Of a stretch of 45,974 nt of DNA, positions 9,801 to 18,972 are shown in pieces. The position numbers and the translations under genes were made by a program. This stretch comes from an uncultured Candidatus Saccharibacteria bacterium (lineage in GTDB: Bacteria > Patescibacteriota > Minisyncoccia > UBA6257 > JAUSGH01): contig CAYJQG010000004.1 of the NCBI GenBank assembly GCA_964372325.1, positions 1-45,974 on the forward strand. Direction: 5' to 3'. The notes under the pieces were generated by a model. That model worked only from the letters and a program-made list of their open reading frames with translations, made no database searches and was not told the DNA's origin. Every line of letters begins with the position of its first letter. Position 1 is the first letter of the stretch.

Positions 9801-9906
9801 TGTTACAAGCAAGAACAACAATAGCTTATTGGGAGCCGAGTCTAAGCTATTGCGAAAAAAAAGAAAAACGCTACAGTTAATAAAGACAATCTAAGGGGGC
9901 AGATAC

Positions 9907-10173
9907 ATGCCGACCATCGAAGATGGCGTCAAAAAAGTAAGAGAGAGATTTTGGGATAAATTCACTACAGCAATTCTCACGGCATTCGGAGTTATTGTTG
10001 CGCTCGCATGGAACGACGCCACCAAATCATTTTTCGAAAAATACTTCAGTCCCGATAATACAATTTTTGCAAAATGCATTTACGCACTATTTGTAACCAT
10101 GATACTGGTAATGCTCTCTTTACGGTTCTCAAAAGAAGAAGATGTTAAAGAAGGGGCGGAGAAAAAACCGTAG
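9907..10173 (+). CDS. Small two-TM protein (DUF5654-like)
   Basis: TAFGVIVALAWNDA and YALFVT motifs; AAGGGGG RBS. Confidence 0.8.
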   Translation: MPTIEDGVKKVRERFWDKFTTAILTAFGVIVALAWNDATKSFFEKYFSPDNTIFAKCIYALFVTMILVMLSLRFSKEEDVKEGAEKKP

Positions 10174-10192
10174 CTTCCGAAAACCCAAATGA

Positions 10193-10384
10193 GCTCCGTT
10201 CCTTTTTGTAGTCAGCCTGCGCAGCGATAGATACAGATGCTCAAGCAAGGAGGAGCAGTTAGAAAAATTGAGATGTCTGAGTCCGCCAGCTGGCGGACGA
10301 GTCCTCGATTTTTCGTCAACTGCCGACGACGAACGAAGACGCATCTGTCTATCGCGAAGTGGCTGACGAAAAAAGGAACGGAGC
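10193..10384. repeat. Palindromic element family C, copy 2
   Basis: Terminal IR GCTCCGTTCCTTTTT/AAAAAGGAACGGAGC; core AGAAAAATTGAGATGT...GAGTCCTCnATTTTTCGTCAACT shared with copy 1. Confidence 0.85.
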
Positions 10385-10448
10385 GAGCCTTGCATACCAC
10401 GGAAAACCGTGGTATCTTTATTATAGTTACCTTTTGATACATGGGTGG

Positions 10449-10820
10449 ATGGCCATGGAAGACCCAGAAACCTGGAATGCCATGGAAAAAGTAATCCATG
10501 AAGCAATTCGAGCGCATAACGAACACCTACCAAAAGACAAAGTTTTTGAGGCGCTTGCCGAACGAGTGTATCGCTTGCTAATCGGGAGAAAACACGGGGA
10601 TAAGAATCTCAAGAAAGAAGAGATGGTCGCGACAATCCTCGGTGCAATTCACGAACATCTCCGTGCAGTCGCAAAAGAGAAAGAACGCTGCCGCGGCAAA
10701 AAGGGTGAGGTCCCTTCGCCAGAAAAAAGTCTTACCCGCACGATCTACGAGGCGCTCAACGCAAAAAAATTTTTTAATACTGGTCCAGTGGGCAGCGGTT
10801 TACTGATGGGTGCATTATAA
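10449..10820 (+). CDS. Hypothetical protein
   Basis: Plausible helical protein; the longer start at 10359 lies inside a repeat, so ATG 10449 is preferred. Confidence 0.6.
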   Translation: MAMEDPETWNAMEKVIHEAIRAHNEHLPKDKVFEALAERVYRLLIGRKHGDKNLKKEEMVATILGAIHEHLRAVAKEKERCRGKKGEVPSPEKSLTRTIYEALNAKKFFNTGPVGSGLLMGAL

Positions 10821-10874
10821 ATAATTAGAATGCTCTGCGCAGAGATCAAAAAACGCAGAGCATTTTCATATGAT

Positions 10875-11672
10875 ATGCGTACTTCTTGGGGCAAATTTTC
10901 AAAGTGGTATAGTGGAATTGTAGAAGAAAAAGAAAGCTATCAACAAAAAGTGCTGGTACCAAATGTGCTACGACTCTTGGAATTAAAGCGTGGCGAAGAT
11001 ATTCTTGACCTCGGCTGTGGTGAGGGAATGTTTGCACGTGAATTCCAAAAAACAGGCGCAAATGTTGTTGGCCTTGACATCGCACCCGAGCTTATCACAA
11101 TCGCGAAAAAAAAATCATCGAAAGAAATCGTTTTTCATGTTGCGAATGCAAAAAACCTAAGCATGGTAAACGACCATGTGTTCGACGCCGTGGTGATGAT
11201 ACTCACCCTGCAGAATATCGACGATATGGCCTCCACGCTACGCGAAGTAAGACGCGTGATAAAACCAACGGGTAAACTTTTAATTGTCTTAAACCATCCC
11301 GTGCTACGAATACCAAAACTCAGTGGCTGGGGCTGGGATGAAGGACAGCGACTGCAATACCGACGCGTAAATGGCTATATGAGCGAAATCAAAATACCAA
11401 TTCAAATGCATCCAGGAGATGCACCTGGTGACACCACGTGGTCATTCCATCGACCGCTACAAACCTACATCAAAGCACTTGCTGATGCAGGATTTTATCT
11501 AACAAATCTCGAAGAATGGACCTCGCATAAAAAAAGTCAACGCGGACCACGCGCAAAAGCAGAAGACCGAGCACGTCTTGAGATCCCAATGTTTATGGCA
11601 ATCGTAGCACGACCAACCATCGGCTACGAAATACAAAATGGATGCGAACATACGAAAGTTATGCCGCGATGA
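10875..11672 (+). CDS. Class I SAM-dependent methyltransferase
   Basis: ILDLGCGEG motif I, VVGLD, FDAVV, IKPTG; last ~16 codons overlap a TACGAA element. Confidence 0.9.
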   Translation: MRTSWGKFSKWYSGIVEEKESYQQKVLVPNVLRLLELKRGEDILDLGCGEGMFAREFQKTGANVVGLDIAPELITIAKKKSSKEIVFHVANAKNLSMVNDHVFDAVVMILTLQNIDDMASTLREVRRVIKPTGKLLIVLNHPVLRIPKLSGWGWDEGQRLQYRRVNGYMSEIKIPIQMHPGDAPGDTTWSFHRPLQTYIKALADAGFYLTNLEEWTSHKKSQRGPRAKAEDRARLEIPMFMAIVARPTIGYEIQNGCEHTKVMPR

Positions 11673-11741
11673 TTTAGTCTACAGAAATCATTAATGCAAT
11701 AGAATTTCGTATATTCGTATAAATATTTCGTATTTCGTAGC
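11623..11741. repeat. TACGAA-unit palindromic element, gene-less copy overlapping the methyltransferase 3' end
   Basis: GCTACGAAATAC...TTCGTATATTCGTA...TTCGTATTTCGTAGC. Confidence 0.85.
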
Positions 11742-11809
11742 TGTCACAAGTTTGACCAAAAAATAAATACAATGTTACAATAGCGAGTAAGAGTAACGAG
11801 GAGATACTC

Positions 11810-12010
11810 TTGTCCCAGACACTCGGAGTAACACCAAAAGCCCCAAACACCCATACTGACTATAAGGAAGACTATCGAAGAATGCTCCGTAAAATGAATA
11901 CCGGCCATGGCAAGAGAATGCGCAGCGGAAGAGAACGAAAAGAAAAGAAGGAACGAAAACAAAGTCGCCTGAAAGATAACTTCACCACCATCGCAACACA
12001 CGAAAACTAA
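11810..12010 (+). CDS. Small Lys/Arg-rich hypothetical protein
   Basis: GAGGAG RBS before TTG start; TTGACC-N18-TACAAT promoter at 11752-11781. Confidence 0.5.
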   Translation: MSQTLGVTPKAPNTHTDYKEDYRRMLRKMNTGHGKRMRSGRERKEKKERKQSRLKDNFTTIATHEN

Positions 12011-12036
12011 ACCAGCAATAGCTGAATTTTTTCATT

Positions 12037-12130
12037 GCTACTAAATACGAACAAAGTACGAATATACGAAAACGAAAAACATATTCGTATATTCGTTTCG
12101 TATATTCGTAATAATTTCGTATTTCGTAGC
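12037..12130. repeat. TACGAA-unit palindromic element, gene-less copy
   Basis: GCTACTAAATACGAA...TACGAATATACGAA / TTCGTATATTCGTA...TTCGTATTTCGTAGC. Confidence 0.9.
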
Positions 12131-12203
12131 TAACTCGTCATTGACAAAAAATAGACGATTACGCCATACTAGCCTAAGTACTTCGATGGATGAGGCGGCC
12201 ACA

Positions 12204-12440
12204 ATGGAATGGGTAGTGAATCATCCGCTAATAACGGTGCTATGGGCATTATCTGGCGTACTCAGTTGGGGATGGACGAATCACTGTGCATACATGGCCG
12301 GCGGCGAACCAGAATATAACGGTTTCGTCAAATGGTCTGCGCTTCTCATCTCTCCTGTCGTTGGGCCCATATTGGCGTTCTCAAATCTGCTTCTATGCAT
12401 CGCAGTGGGTAAATTCTATTTCGGACTACGCTTTAGATAG
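12204..12440 (+). CDS. Small hypothetical membrane protein
   Basis: GAGG RBS; TTGACA-N18-CATACT upstream; two hydrophobic segments. Confidence 0.55.
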   Translation: MEWVVNHPLITVLWALSGVLSWGWTNHCAYMAGGEPEYNGFVKWSALLISPVVGPILAFSNLLLCIAVGKFYFGLRFR

Positions 12441-12576
12441 ATTCAGAAACAAATCATCAAAAAGTCTCTAACGAGACTTTTTTCATTCAAAAAATATTTG
12501 CTTCCTCCGTGCAACATATGTTATAATAAGGTCTATTGATTTGTCATAATGGTACATCAATAGTACATCGAGCGTA

Positions 12577-12994
12577 GAACAACGGGCATATTCATGAAGG
12601 GATTTGTCGGAGGCGATTTGGCATGGTTCCCGCCCGAAGGCGGGACAAATCGCCGAGACTGCGAACCCCTATTGATAATATTCCCCAGCCGCGTTGACTG
12701 CAGGGTATTGTTGTCGCAAGGCACGACGAGGAAGCTGTAGCTGCAGCGCTACTGCAACGAGGAGTAACGCAGCGCAACAATACCATGCAGTCAACCCATA
12801 GGGATATATGCAAATCGTACACGTCGCGGTGTCGCTCCTCCTTAGAGTATCCAATGGATACACCTTCGTCGTCGCTCCTAGCGACGTGTACGATTTGCAT
12901 ATATCGCGGCGGGGAATATTATCAACAGGGGTTCTGAGCCGATTCGCCGCTGGGCGAATCGAGCCGGATCCCGGAATGAATATGCCCGTTGTTC
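12577..12994. repeat. 418-bp nested palindromic element family D, upstream of typA
   Basis: Perfect 19-bp terminal IR GAACAACGGGCATATTCAT; inner two-hairpin core 12688-12910 homologous to 14939-15161. Confidence 0.9.
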
Positions 12995-13013
12995 CAACAA
13001 ACTAAAAAGTTTT

Positions 13014-14834
13014 ATGCAAAGAGAAAACATTCGTAACATCGCCATCATCGCCCACGTCGACCACGGTAAAACAACCTTGGTCGACGCAATGCTCAAACAA
13101 ACCAAAGCCGATCGTCGCATCAACGACATGGGTGAGTGTATTATGGATTCCATGGACCTTGAGCGTGAACGCGGCATTACTATTAAAGCAAAGAACGCGA
13201 GCGTGATGTATCTAAGAACAAAAATTAACATTATCGATACCCCTGGTCATGCCGACTTTGGTGGAGAAGTAGAACGCACACTACGCATGGCAGAAGGCGC
13301 ATTGCTCCTCATCGACGCGAAAGAAGGGCCAATGCCACAAACACGATTCGTGTTAAAAAAAGCGCTCGAACTCGGACTAAAAATTATCGTAGTAATTAAT
13401 AAAGTTGATAAACCCGATGCGCGACCAACATTTGCAGTCAATAAAGCATTTGATCTTTTTGTAGAATTAGGTGCTACGCCAGAACAACTCGACTTCCCAA
13501 TTGTTTACGCGGTGGGTATCAATGGCACCTCATCACTAAACGAACAAAAACAAGAAGCGGATTTTACACCGCTATTTCAAACAATCATCAAAGAAATTCC
13601 GGCGCCAATTGCCCTAACCGATGCACCGTTACAACTCTTAGTTCTTGCGTTAGCATATGACGACTACAAAGGTAAGGTAGCAATCGGAAAAGTGCACGCA
13701 GGTAAAATTCACGAAGGAGAAATTGTTGCACGCATTAAAAAAAATGGCGAGATAGTACGTGCGAAGGTAACGAACCTCATGGTGTTTGAGGGATTAGAGA
13801 AAGTTTCAATATCCGAAGTCTCTGCTGGAGATATTGTATCGGTAACAGGGTTCGAAGAAATATCAATCGGAGAAACCATCGCAAGTGCCGATGCCCCAGT
13901 TGCGCTCCCACCCATATCCGTTGAAGAACCAACGGTAAAGATGACATTCGGCGTAAACACGAGCCCATTCGCAGGGCGCGAAGGGAAATATGTGACCTCT
14001 CGAAACCTACGAGAACGACTCATGAAAGAAGTTGAAACTAATGTCGCGCTTCGCGTCGAAGAAACGGATGCACCCGATGAATTTTTGGTCTCTGGTCGCG
14101 GAGAATTACACCTCGCAGTAGTAATCGAGACCATGCGCAGAGAAGGATTTGAACTACAAGTATCGGAACCAGAGGTCATCACAAAAGAAGTCAACGGAGT
14201 TCTTCAAGAACCGTTCGAACGACTCGTTATTGAAATACCAATTGCATATCAAGGTGTGATTATTGAAGAACTCGGAAAACGTAACGGGGAACTTAAAAAC
14301 ATGGCGCAGGGCGAATATGTGCTTGAGCTTGAATACAGCATACCCACGCGCAGCCTCATTGGGCTAAAGTCGTTGCTCATGACTCGTACGCGAGGGTTGG
14401 TTATTATGCATAGTATATTCGATGCATATCGCAAAATGCTTGACACAAAACCCGAGCGACGTACAACAGGCTCGATGGTTGCCACCATTGAAGGCCTTGC
14501 CACGTCACATGCCCTAGATAACGCCCAACAGCGAGGCATATTATTTATTAGACCAGGAACCCCGACATATGCAGGGATGATCGTAGGGGCAAGCGCTAAA
14601 GATTACGACATCGAAATTAACATCTGCAAAGAAAAACAACTCTCAAATGTTCGTACACGCGGACATGACGTGCCGATCACCCTAATTCCACCAAAAGAAA
14701 TCACGCTCGAGTATGCCCTTGAATATATTAGCCATGACGAACTCGTTGAAGTAACACCAAAAAATTTACGGCTACGGAAACGCGTACTTAACCCAAACCA
14801 ACGAAAAAAAATCAAAAGGGCGGAAGAAGAATAA
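13014..14834 (+). CDS. typA: Translational GTPase TypA/BipA
   Basis: [58 protein letters not shown]. Confidence 0.97.
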   Translation: MQRENIRNIAIIAHVDHGKTTLVDAMLKQTKADRRINDMGECIMDSMDLERERGITIKAKNASVMYLRTKINIIDTPGHADFGGEVERTLRMAEGALLLIDAKEGPMPQTRFVLKKALELGLKIIVVINKVDKPDARPTFAVNKAFDLFVELGATPEQLDFPIVYAVGINGTSSLNEQKQEADFTPLFQTIIKEIPAPIALTDAPLQLLVLALAYDDYKGKVAIGKVHAGKIHEGEIVARIKKNGEIVRAKVTNLMVFEGLEKVSISEVSAGDIVSVTGFEEISIGETIASADAPVALPPISVEEPTVKMTFGVNTSPFAGREGKYVTSRNLRERLMKEVETNVALRVEETDAPDEFLVSGRGELHLAVVIETMRREGFELQVSEPEVITKEVNGVLQEPFERLVIEIPIAYQGVIIEELGKRNGELKNMAQGEYVLELEYSIPTRSLIGLKSLLMTRTRGLVIMHSIFDAYRKMLDTKPERRTTGSMVATIEGLATSHALDNAQQRGILFIRPGTPTYAGMIVGASAKDYDIEINICKEKQLSNVRTRGHDVPITLIPPKEITLEYALEYISHDELVEVTPKNLRLRKRVLNPNQRKKIKRAEEE

Positions 14835-14835
14835 A

Positions 14836-14872
14836 AAAATAAGTTCCGACGTATGTCGGAACTTATTTTTTT
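14836..14872. terminator. Terminator hairpin after typA
   Basis: AAAAATAAGTTCCGAC-GTAT-GTCGGAACTTATTTTT. Confidence 0.75.
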
Positions 14873-14892
14873 ATTCGCAAACAATATAAGAC

Positions 14893-15221
14893 TTACGCAA
14901 TTGGATGCAGTTCAGCACCCACCTGAACAATATCACAAGCCGCGTTTGCAATGATATTCTTTTAACACAAGGCGCGACGAGGAAATTGTAGCCTCCGTGC
15001 TACATTGACGAGAAGCAACGAAGTGTTAAAAGAATATCATGCAAACCCGAAGGGATTCGATCAATTGTGCACGGAGACTGCGTCGCTCCTCCTTGGTGTA
15101 CCCAGAGGGTACACCGGTGTCATCGCTCCTTGTCCCGTGCACAATTGATTCGAATCGCGGCTGCGATATTGTTCAGGTGGGCGCTAGGCGCGAGCGAGGC
15201 AAGCACCCAAGCTGTACGTAA
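14893..15221. repeat. Nested palindromic element family D, downstream of typA
   Basis: Outer stem AGCACCCACCTGAACAATATC/GATATTGTTCAGGTGGGCGCT around the same core architecture. Confidence 0.85.
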
Positions 15222-15304
15222 CAGTACTGCGCAGGAGCAAACGAACGAGCAACAAAGAAATGCGCCAATTGCGGAAGTCCTATTAAATATTATCGTTATT
15301 ATCG

Positions 15305-15667
15305 TTACCCTCGTTTCGCCGCCCACAGTGCCCACACCCCTACGGCAAGATGGAGAAGCGTATCAGCCGGGTTCTCAAGATTCGAGCCCAAAAACACTGG
15401 GTAGAGATATCCGTATACCGCAAAGAACAAGGCAATCAAACCAACAAGAATAGCCAGCCACTTCTGCATTCCCGCATCAAGCGCTTTATATGCGATGAGT
15501 GCGACGACGCCAAAGAGTAAATGCGCCCAATTTTCACCGTTATCAAACCACCAATTCGCGCCAAAGAGGCTTTGCTCAGGGGTTGGCCCGATGACTCCCC
15601 AAAAACCAAGGAGCGCGACAGCGACAAGAACAACTCCGCCAAGCATCAAAAACTGTTTTGGATTCAT
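15305..15667 (-). CDS. DUF4383-like membrane protein
   Basis: Four TM; NWAHLLFG and DTLLHLAVG His motifs. Confidence 0.75.
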   Translation of the reverse strand: MNPKQFLMLGGVVLVAVALLGFWGVIGPTPEQSLFGANWWFDNGENWAHLLFGVVALIAYKALDAGMQKWLAILVGLIALFFAVYGYLYPVFLGSNLENPADTLLHLAVGVWALWAAKRG

Positions 15668-15742
15668 AAATAAAAAGATGTAATCTATTCCTTATAAAAT
15701 TCGACCTTTCAACAACAATACATTTAGTATAGCATATGAAGC

Positions 15743-16216
15743 ATGACTCTCACGACTCACTCACTAGTTGGCGCAGCTCTGAGTACACTCACCGGAAACC
15801 CGGTAACCGCATTCGCGCTCGGAGTTATGAGCCATTTCGCAATCGACTCCTTGCCCCACGGACACTACCAAAAAATACCATATCTACGCGCAGAAAACGA
15901 AGAAGAATTTTCAAATCGCGCGCTGGTGGTTATTTGTTTCGACGGAGCATTAGGCGCGATATCTGCCTTTACGCTCTTTCATGGGGCAATAACACCGCTA
16001 ACAACTCTTGCCGGAATTTGTGGGGGACTATTACCCGATTTTTTATTAGGAATAGAAATACTTTATAAAACGCAATGGACACACATCGCAACAAAAATCC
16101 ATAATTTTTTTCATTTCTTTTTTATCAAAAAAGAGAGTTGGCAATTTCACCCAATAATTGCCGTTGGGACGGAATGCGTGGTAGCAATACTCGCAATACT
16201 AAAATCATTATGGTGA
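15743..16216 (+). CDS. Membrane protein, possible YdjM-like metal-dependent hydrolase
   Basis: THSLVG, SHFAIDSLPH, GLLPD, HNFFH motifs. Confidence 0.65.
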   Translation: MTLTTHSLVGAALSTLTGNPVTAFALGVMSHFAIDSLPHGHYQKIPYLRAENEEEFSNRALVVICFDGALGAISAFTLFHGAITPLTTLAGICGGLLPDFLLGIEILYKTQWTHIATKIHNFFHFFFIKKESWQFHPIIAVGTECVVAILAILKSLW

Positions 16217-17274
16217 TAAATGCAATAACCACACTTATCATAATCGCCGCAATCGGAACGGGACTATATATATTATTTACCGCTCTCAAACGTGCGCTGG
16301 TTGACGCGCAACCAAAAAACGATGGGCAATCGCTATTGTTATTGCAACAACAAATAAACGAAGTTGCGCGTATTGTTGACGGCAAACTTGCTGAAAGCAC
16401 ACGTCTCGCACAAGCCGGGGAACATATGCGAAACGAGCTCATCCGCAACGTATCCGAACACCTTACGCGCCTACAAGAATCGAACAAGCAAGTCTTAAAC
16501 TTTACCGATCAATTAAAAAACTTACAAGACATTTTAAAAAATCCAAAACAACGTGGAATTCTAGGTGAATATTTTCTTGAAACAGTATTAAAAAATGTTC
16601 TTCCTCCAAATACATTTAAACTACAATATCCTTTCAAGAATGGAACCATTGTCGATGCCGTAGTATTGGTAAAAGATAAAATAATTCCGATAGATTCAAA
16701 ATTCAGTCTTGAAAATTATAATCGGTTACTCGAGGCAACCAACAACGAAGAACGAACAAAATACGAAGAAGCGGTGCGGAACGATCTAAAAATCCGAATC
16801 GATGAAACAGCAAAATATGTGCAACCCGAAGAGGGGACAATGGAATTCGCCTTCATGTTTATTCCAGCAGAAGCGCTCTACTACGATCTCTTGGTGAACA
16901 AAATAGGCGCTGTCAAGTCTTCAACACGCGACCTTATTGAATATGCAGTGAAAGATAAGAAAGTGATCGTCGTTTCGCCAACATCATTTTTGGCATATCT
17001 TCAAACGGTACTTCAAGGGTTACGCGCACTGCAAATCGAAGACTCAGCAAAAGAAATACGAAAACGCGTGGAAGAATTGGGAAGGCACCTCTTAAATTAC
17101 GAAGGATATTTTAACAAAGTTGGGGCACACCTCGGGACAACGATAAACATGTACAACAGTGCCTCAAAAGAATTAGGGAAAATCGATAAAGATGTATTGC
17201 GTATTAGTGGGGGTGTAGCTGGGCTAAAACCCGAACTTATCGAAGGCACAATAGAAACACATGGATCGGAATAA
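16210..17274 (+). CDS. rmuC: DNA recombination protein RmuC
   Basis: N-terminal TM + coiled coil, KQRGILGE, IDSKF, FAFMFIPAE, VSPT. Confidence 0.93.
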   Translation: MVINAITTLIIIAAIGTGLYILFTALKRALVDAQPKNDGQSLLLLQQQINEVARIVDGKLAESTRLAQAGEHMRNELIRNVSEHLTRLQESNKQVLNFTDQLKNLQDILKNPKQRGILGEYFLETVLKNVLPPNTFKLQYPFKNGTIVDAVVLVKDKIIPIDSKFSLENYNRLLEATNNEERTKYEEAVRNDLKIRIDETAKYVQPEEGTMEFAFMFIPAEALYYDLLVNKIGAVKSSTRDLIEYAVKDKKVIVVSPTSFLAYLQTVLQGLRALQIEDSAKEIRKRVEELGRHLLNYEGYFNKVGAHLGTTINMYNSASKELGKIDKDVLRISGGVAGLKPELIEGTIETHGSE

Positions 17275-17893
17275 ACAATTTCGGGTATTCGAATATATCC
17301 CATTTATAAGACTTGTTTTTGTTTCTGGTTCTGTAGCGATGGGTACTGCGAACGAAAGTTCCGATTGCGATGTATTAATCGGAGTGATGCAAGGCCGAAT
17401 ATTTCTGGTGCGTTGCTTTACGGCGCTCATACTCGAGCTATGCGGCTCACGCTGCAGCCACACCAACAATAAGAATGACACGGCTAAGCGCGCAGGAAAA
17501 ATTTGCCTCAACCACTTTGTTACGCCTACTGCCTACAGACTTTCACCACCACATACCAATTCGTGGCGTAAATTATATCAAGCATTGATCCCAATATATG
17601 GGTCCGACGAAGAAATAAAAAAATTTCGAGATGCAAACATCGATTGGGTTGGGCAATATACGATGCGAAATACAGCAATAGTAAATAAGTCAAAGCAGAA
17701 CAAGATAAAACGATCGCTCGAATGGCTATTAAAAGGTAGTATTGGAAACCAACTTGAATACATACTCAAAAGACTACAAATAAAAAGAATCCGACGGCGC
17801 ATTACACAAGAAGGCTTAGGCTATAAGCCACGCGTCGTGTACACCGACGACGAACTCGAATTCCACCCCGATCGTCGTAAGTTCGAAATATAA
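17261..17893 (+). CDS. Hypothetical protein with Pol-beta-like nucleotidyltransferase motif
   Basis: VSGSVAMGTANESSDCDV matches hGS...DxD. Confidence 0.65.
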   Translation: MDRNKQFRVFEYIPFIRLVFVSGSVAMGTANESSDCDVLIGVMQGRIFLVRCFTALILELCGSRCSHTNNKNDTAKRAGKICLNHFVTPTAYRLSPPHTNSWRKLYQALIPIYGSDEEIKKFRDANIDWVGQYTMRNTAIVNKSKQNKIKRSLEWLLKGSIGNQLEYILKRLQIKRIRRRITQEGLGYKPRVVYTDDELEFHPDRRKFEI

Positions 17894-18020
17894 ATATAAA
17901 AGACTAACAGTTTTACTCTTACAAGTTGACCGTCAACTTGTTTAGTAAAACATGATATTGCCCATAAGTAAGTTCTATATTAGAGTCTAATCAGTACCTA
18001 AAGGGCTAGGAAACCTTGCG

Positions 18021-18497
18021 GTGGGCAAACCTCCGTACGGACAAGACTCCGAAGACCTCGTTGAACTAGCCGTAAAAAGAAAAGCAAAAGATGCGTCGAT
18101 AAATTCCGACGAAGAGATCGAAGAAATCGATATCGTAAGAACGGCGCACAACCACCTATTTGACAAGTTGGGGATCGATTGCATTATTGCATTTCGTATC
18201 AGAGTAAAGAAAACAAAGAAAGCAATAGAAGACGGATTCTTTCCGCTACAGATTAAAACCTCAAGCACCAAAGAAACAGTAAGCTTTGCAACGACGGAAG
18301 GGAGCATGAGTCGCGCAACGCCAGGAATGGTTGCAAAAATACGTGAGCACCAACGAAAGCACCCCAAGATCACAAAAATGCTTTTTGTAGGTCGCATTCA
18401 AAATAATGGAGAGCATGAACTTGAACGCGTCCTAGACGGCATTTGGAAAGAACTGAAGTTGTTGATTGAAAAATCGCTCGTACGCCAATCACCCTGA
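18021..18497 (+). CDS. Hypothetical protein, possible PD-(D/E)xK-like nuclease fold
   Basis: DKLGIDC...LQIKTS pattern. Confidence 0.55.
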   Translation: MGKPPYGQDSEDLVELAVKRKAKDASINSDEEIEEIDIVRTAHNHLFDKLGIDCIIAFRIRVKKTKKAIEDGFFPLQIKTSSTKETVSFATTEGSMSRATPGMVAKIREHQRKHPKITKMLFVGRIQNNGEHELERVLDGIWKELKLLIEKSLVRQSP

Positions 18498-18539
18498 ACC
18501 GGGTGATTTACATTCATATATCCCTGTTACAAAAAAACC

Positions 18540-18568
18540 TTGACCGAAGTTATAATAGTCGTTACATT
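18540..18568 (+). promoter_or_regulatory. Sigma70-type promoter of groESL
   Basis: TTGACC-N17-TACATT. Confidence 0.6.
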
Positions 18569-18576
18569 AATCGATA

Positions 18577-18603
18577 TTAGCAATCTAAAGTCGAAAGTGC
18601 TAA
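18577..18603. promoter_or_regulatory. CIRCE element (HrcA operator)
   Basis: TTAGCAATC-N9-AAGTGCTAA, two mismatches to TTAGCACTC-N9-GAGTGCTAA, upstream of groES. Confidence 0.85.
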
Positions 18604-18684
18604 AATGGCATATCGCAAGTCGCGTAACGCAGAGCGTATAGTCATAACGCCCCGCGATAAGCACTTCGCGCTTTGTCGTTATAT

Positions 18685-18972
18685 ATGTTCAAACCATTAT
18701 CAAACCACGTATTCATTGAAAGCATAACTGAAGACAAAAAAACGAAATCAGGAATTGTGCTTCCCGATAGCGCCGAAAAAGAAAAACCGATGATCGGAAA
18801 AATAGTAGCAGTAGGTTCCGGAAAAATATCGGAAAAAGGAGAGCGGACCCCTATGTCGGTAAAAGTCGGGGACAAAGTATTATTTAAAAAATACGGCCCA
18901 GACGAAATCGAGGTCGAGGGTAAAAAATATTTAGTCGGAGACGAAGACGATATTCTTGCAATTATTGAATAA
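18685..18972 (+). CDS. groES: Co-chaperonin GroES
   Basis: FKPL, KTKSGIVLPDSA, VAVGSG, VKVGDKVLF, DILAI. Confidence 0.97.
   Translation: MFKPLSNHVFIESITEDKKTKSGIVLPDSAEKEKPMIGKIVAVGSGKISEKGERTPMSVKVGDKVLFKKYGPDEIEVEGKKYLVGDEDDILAIIE

Noticed and set aside
10277..10304. CTGA-stem-GAG resembling a hammerhead ribozyme core
   Set aside because: Lacks CUGANGA and GAAA in the required arrangement
9682..12130. TACGAA repeats as a CRISPR array
   Set aside because: Units are 6-10 nt, arranged as inverted arms, with no regular repeat-spacer period and no cas genes
12592..13005. ORFs in the typA upstream region (also 15039-15453, 10129-10533, 8598-9020)
   Set aside because: They lie in palindromic elements; mirror-image peptides on both strands are a by-product of symmetry
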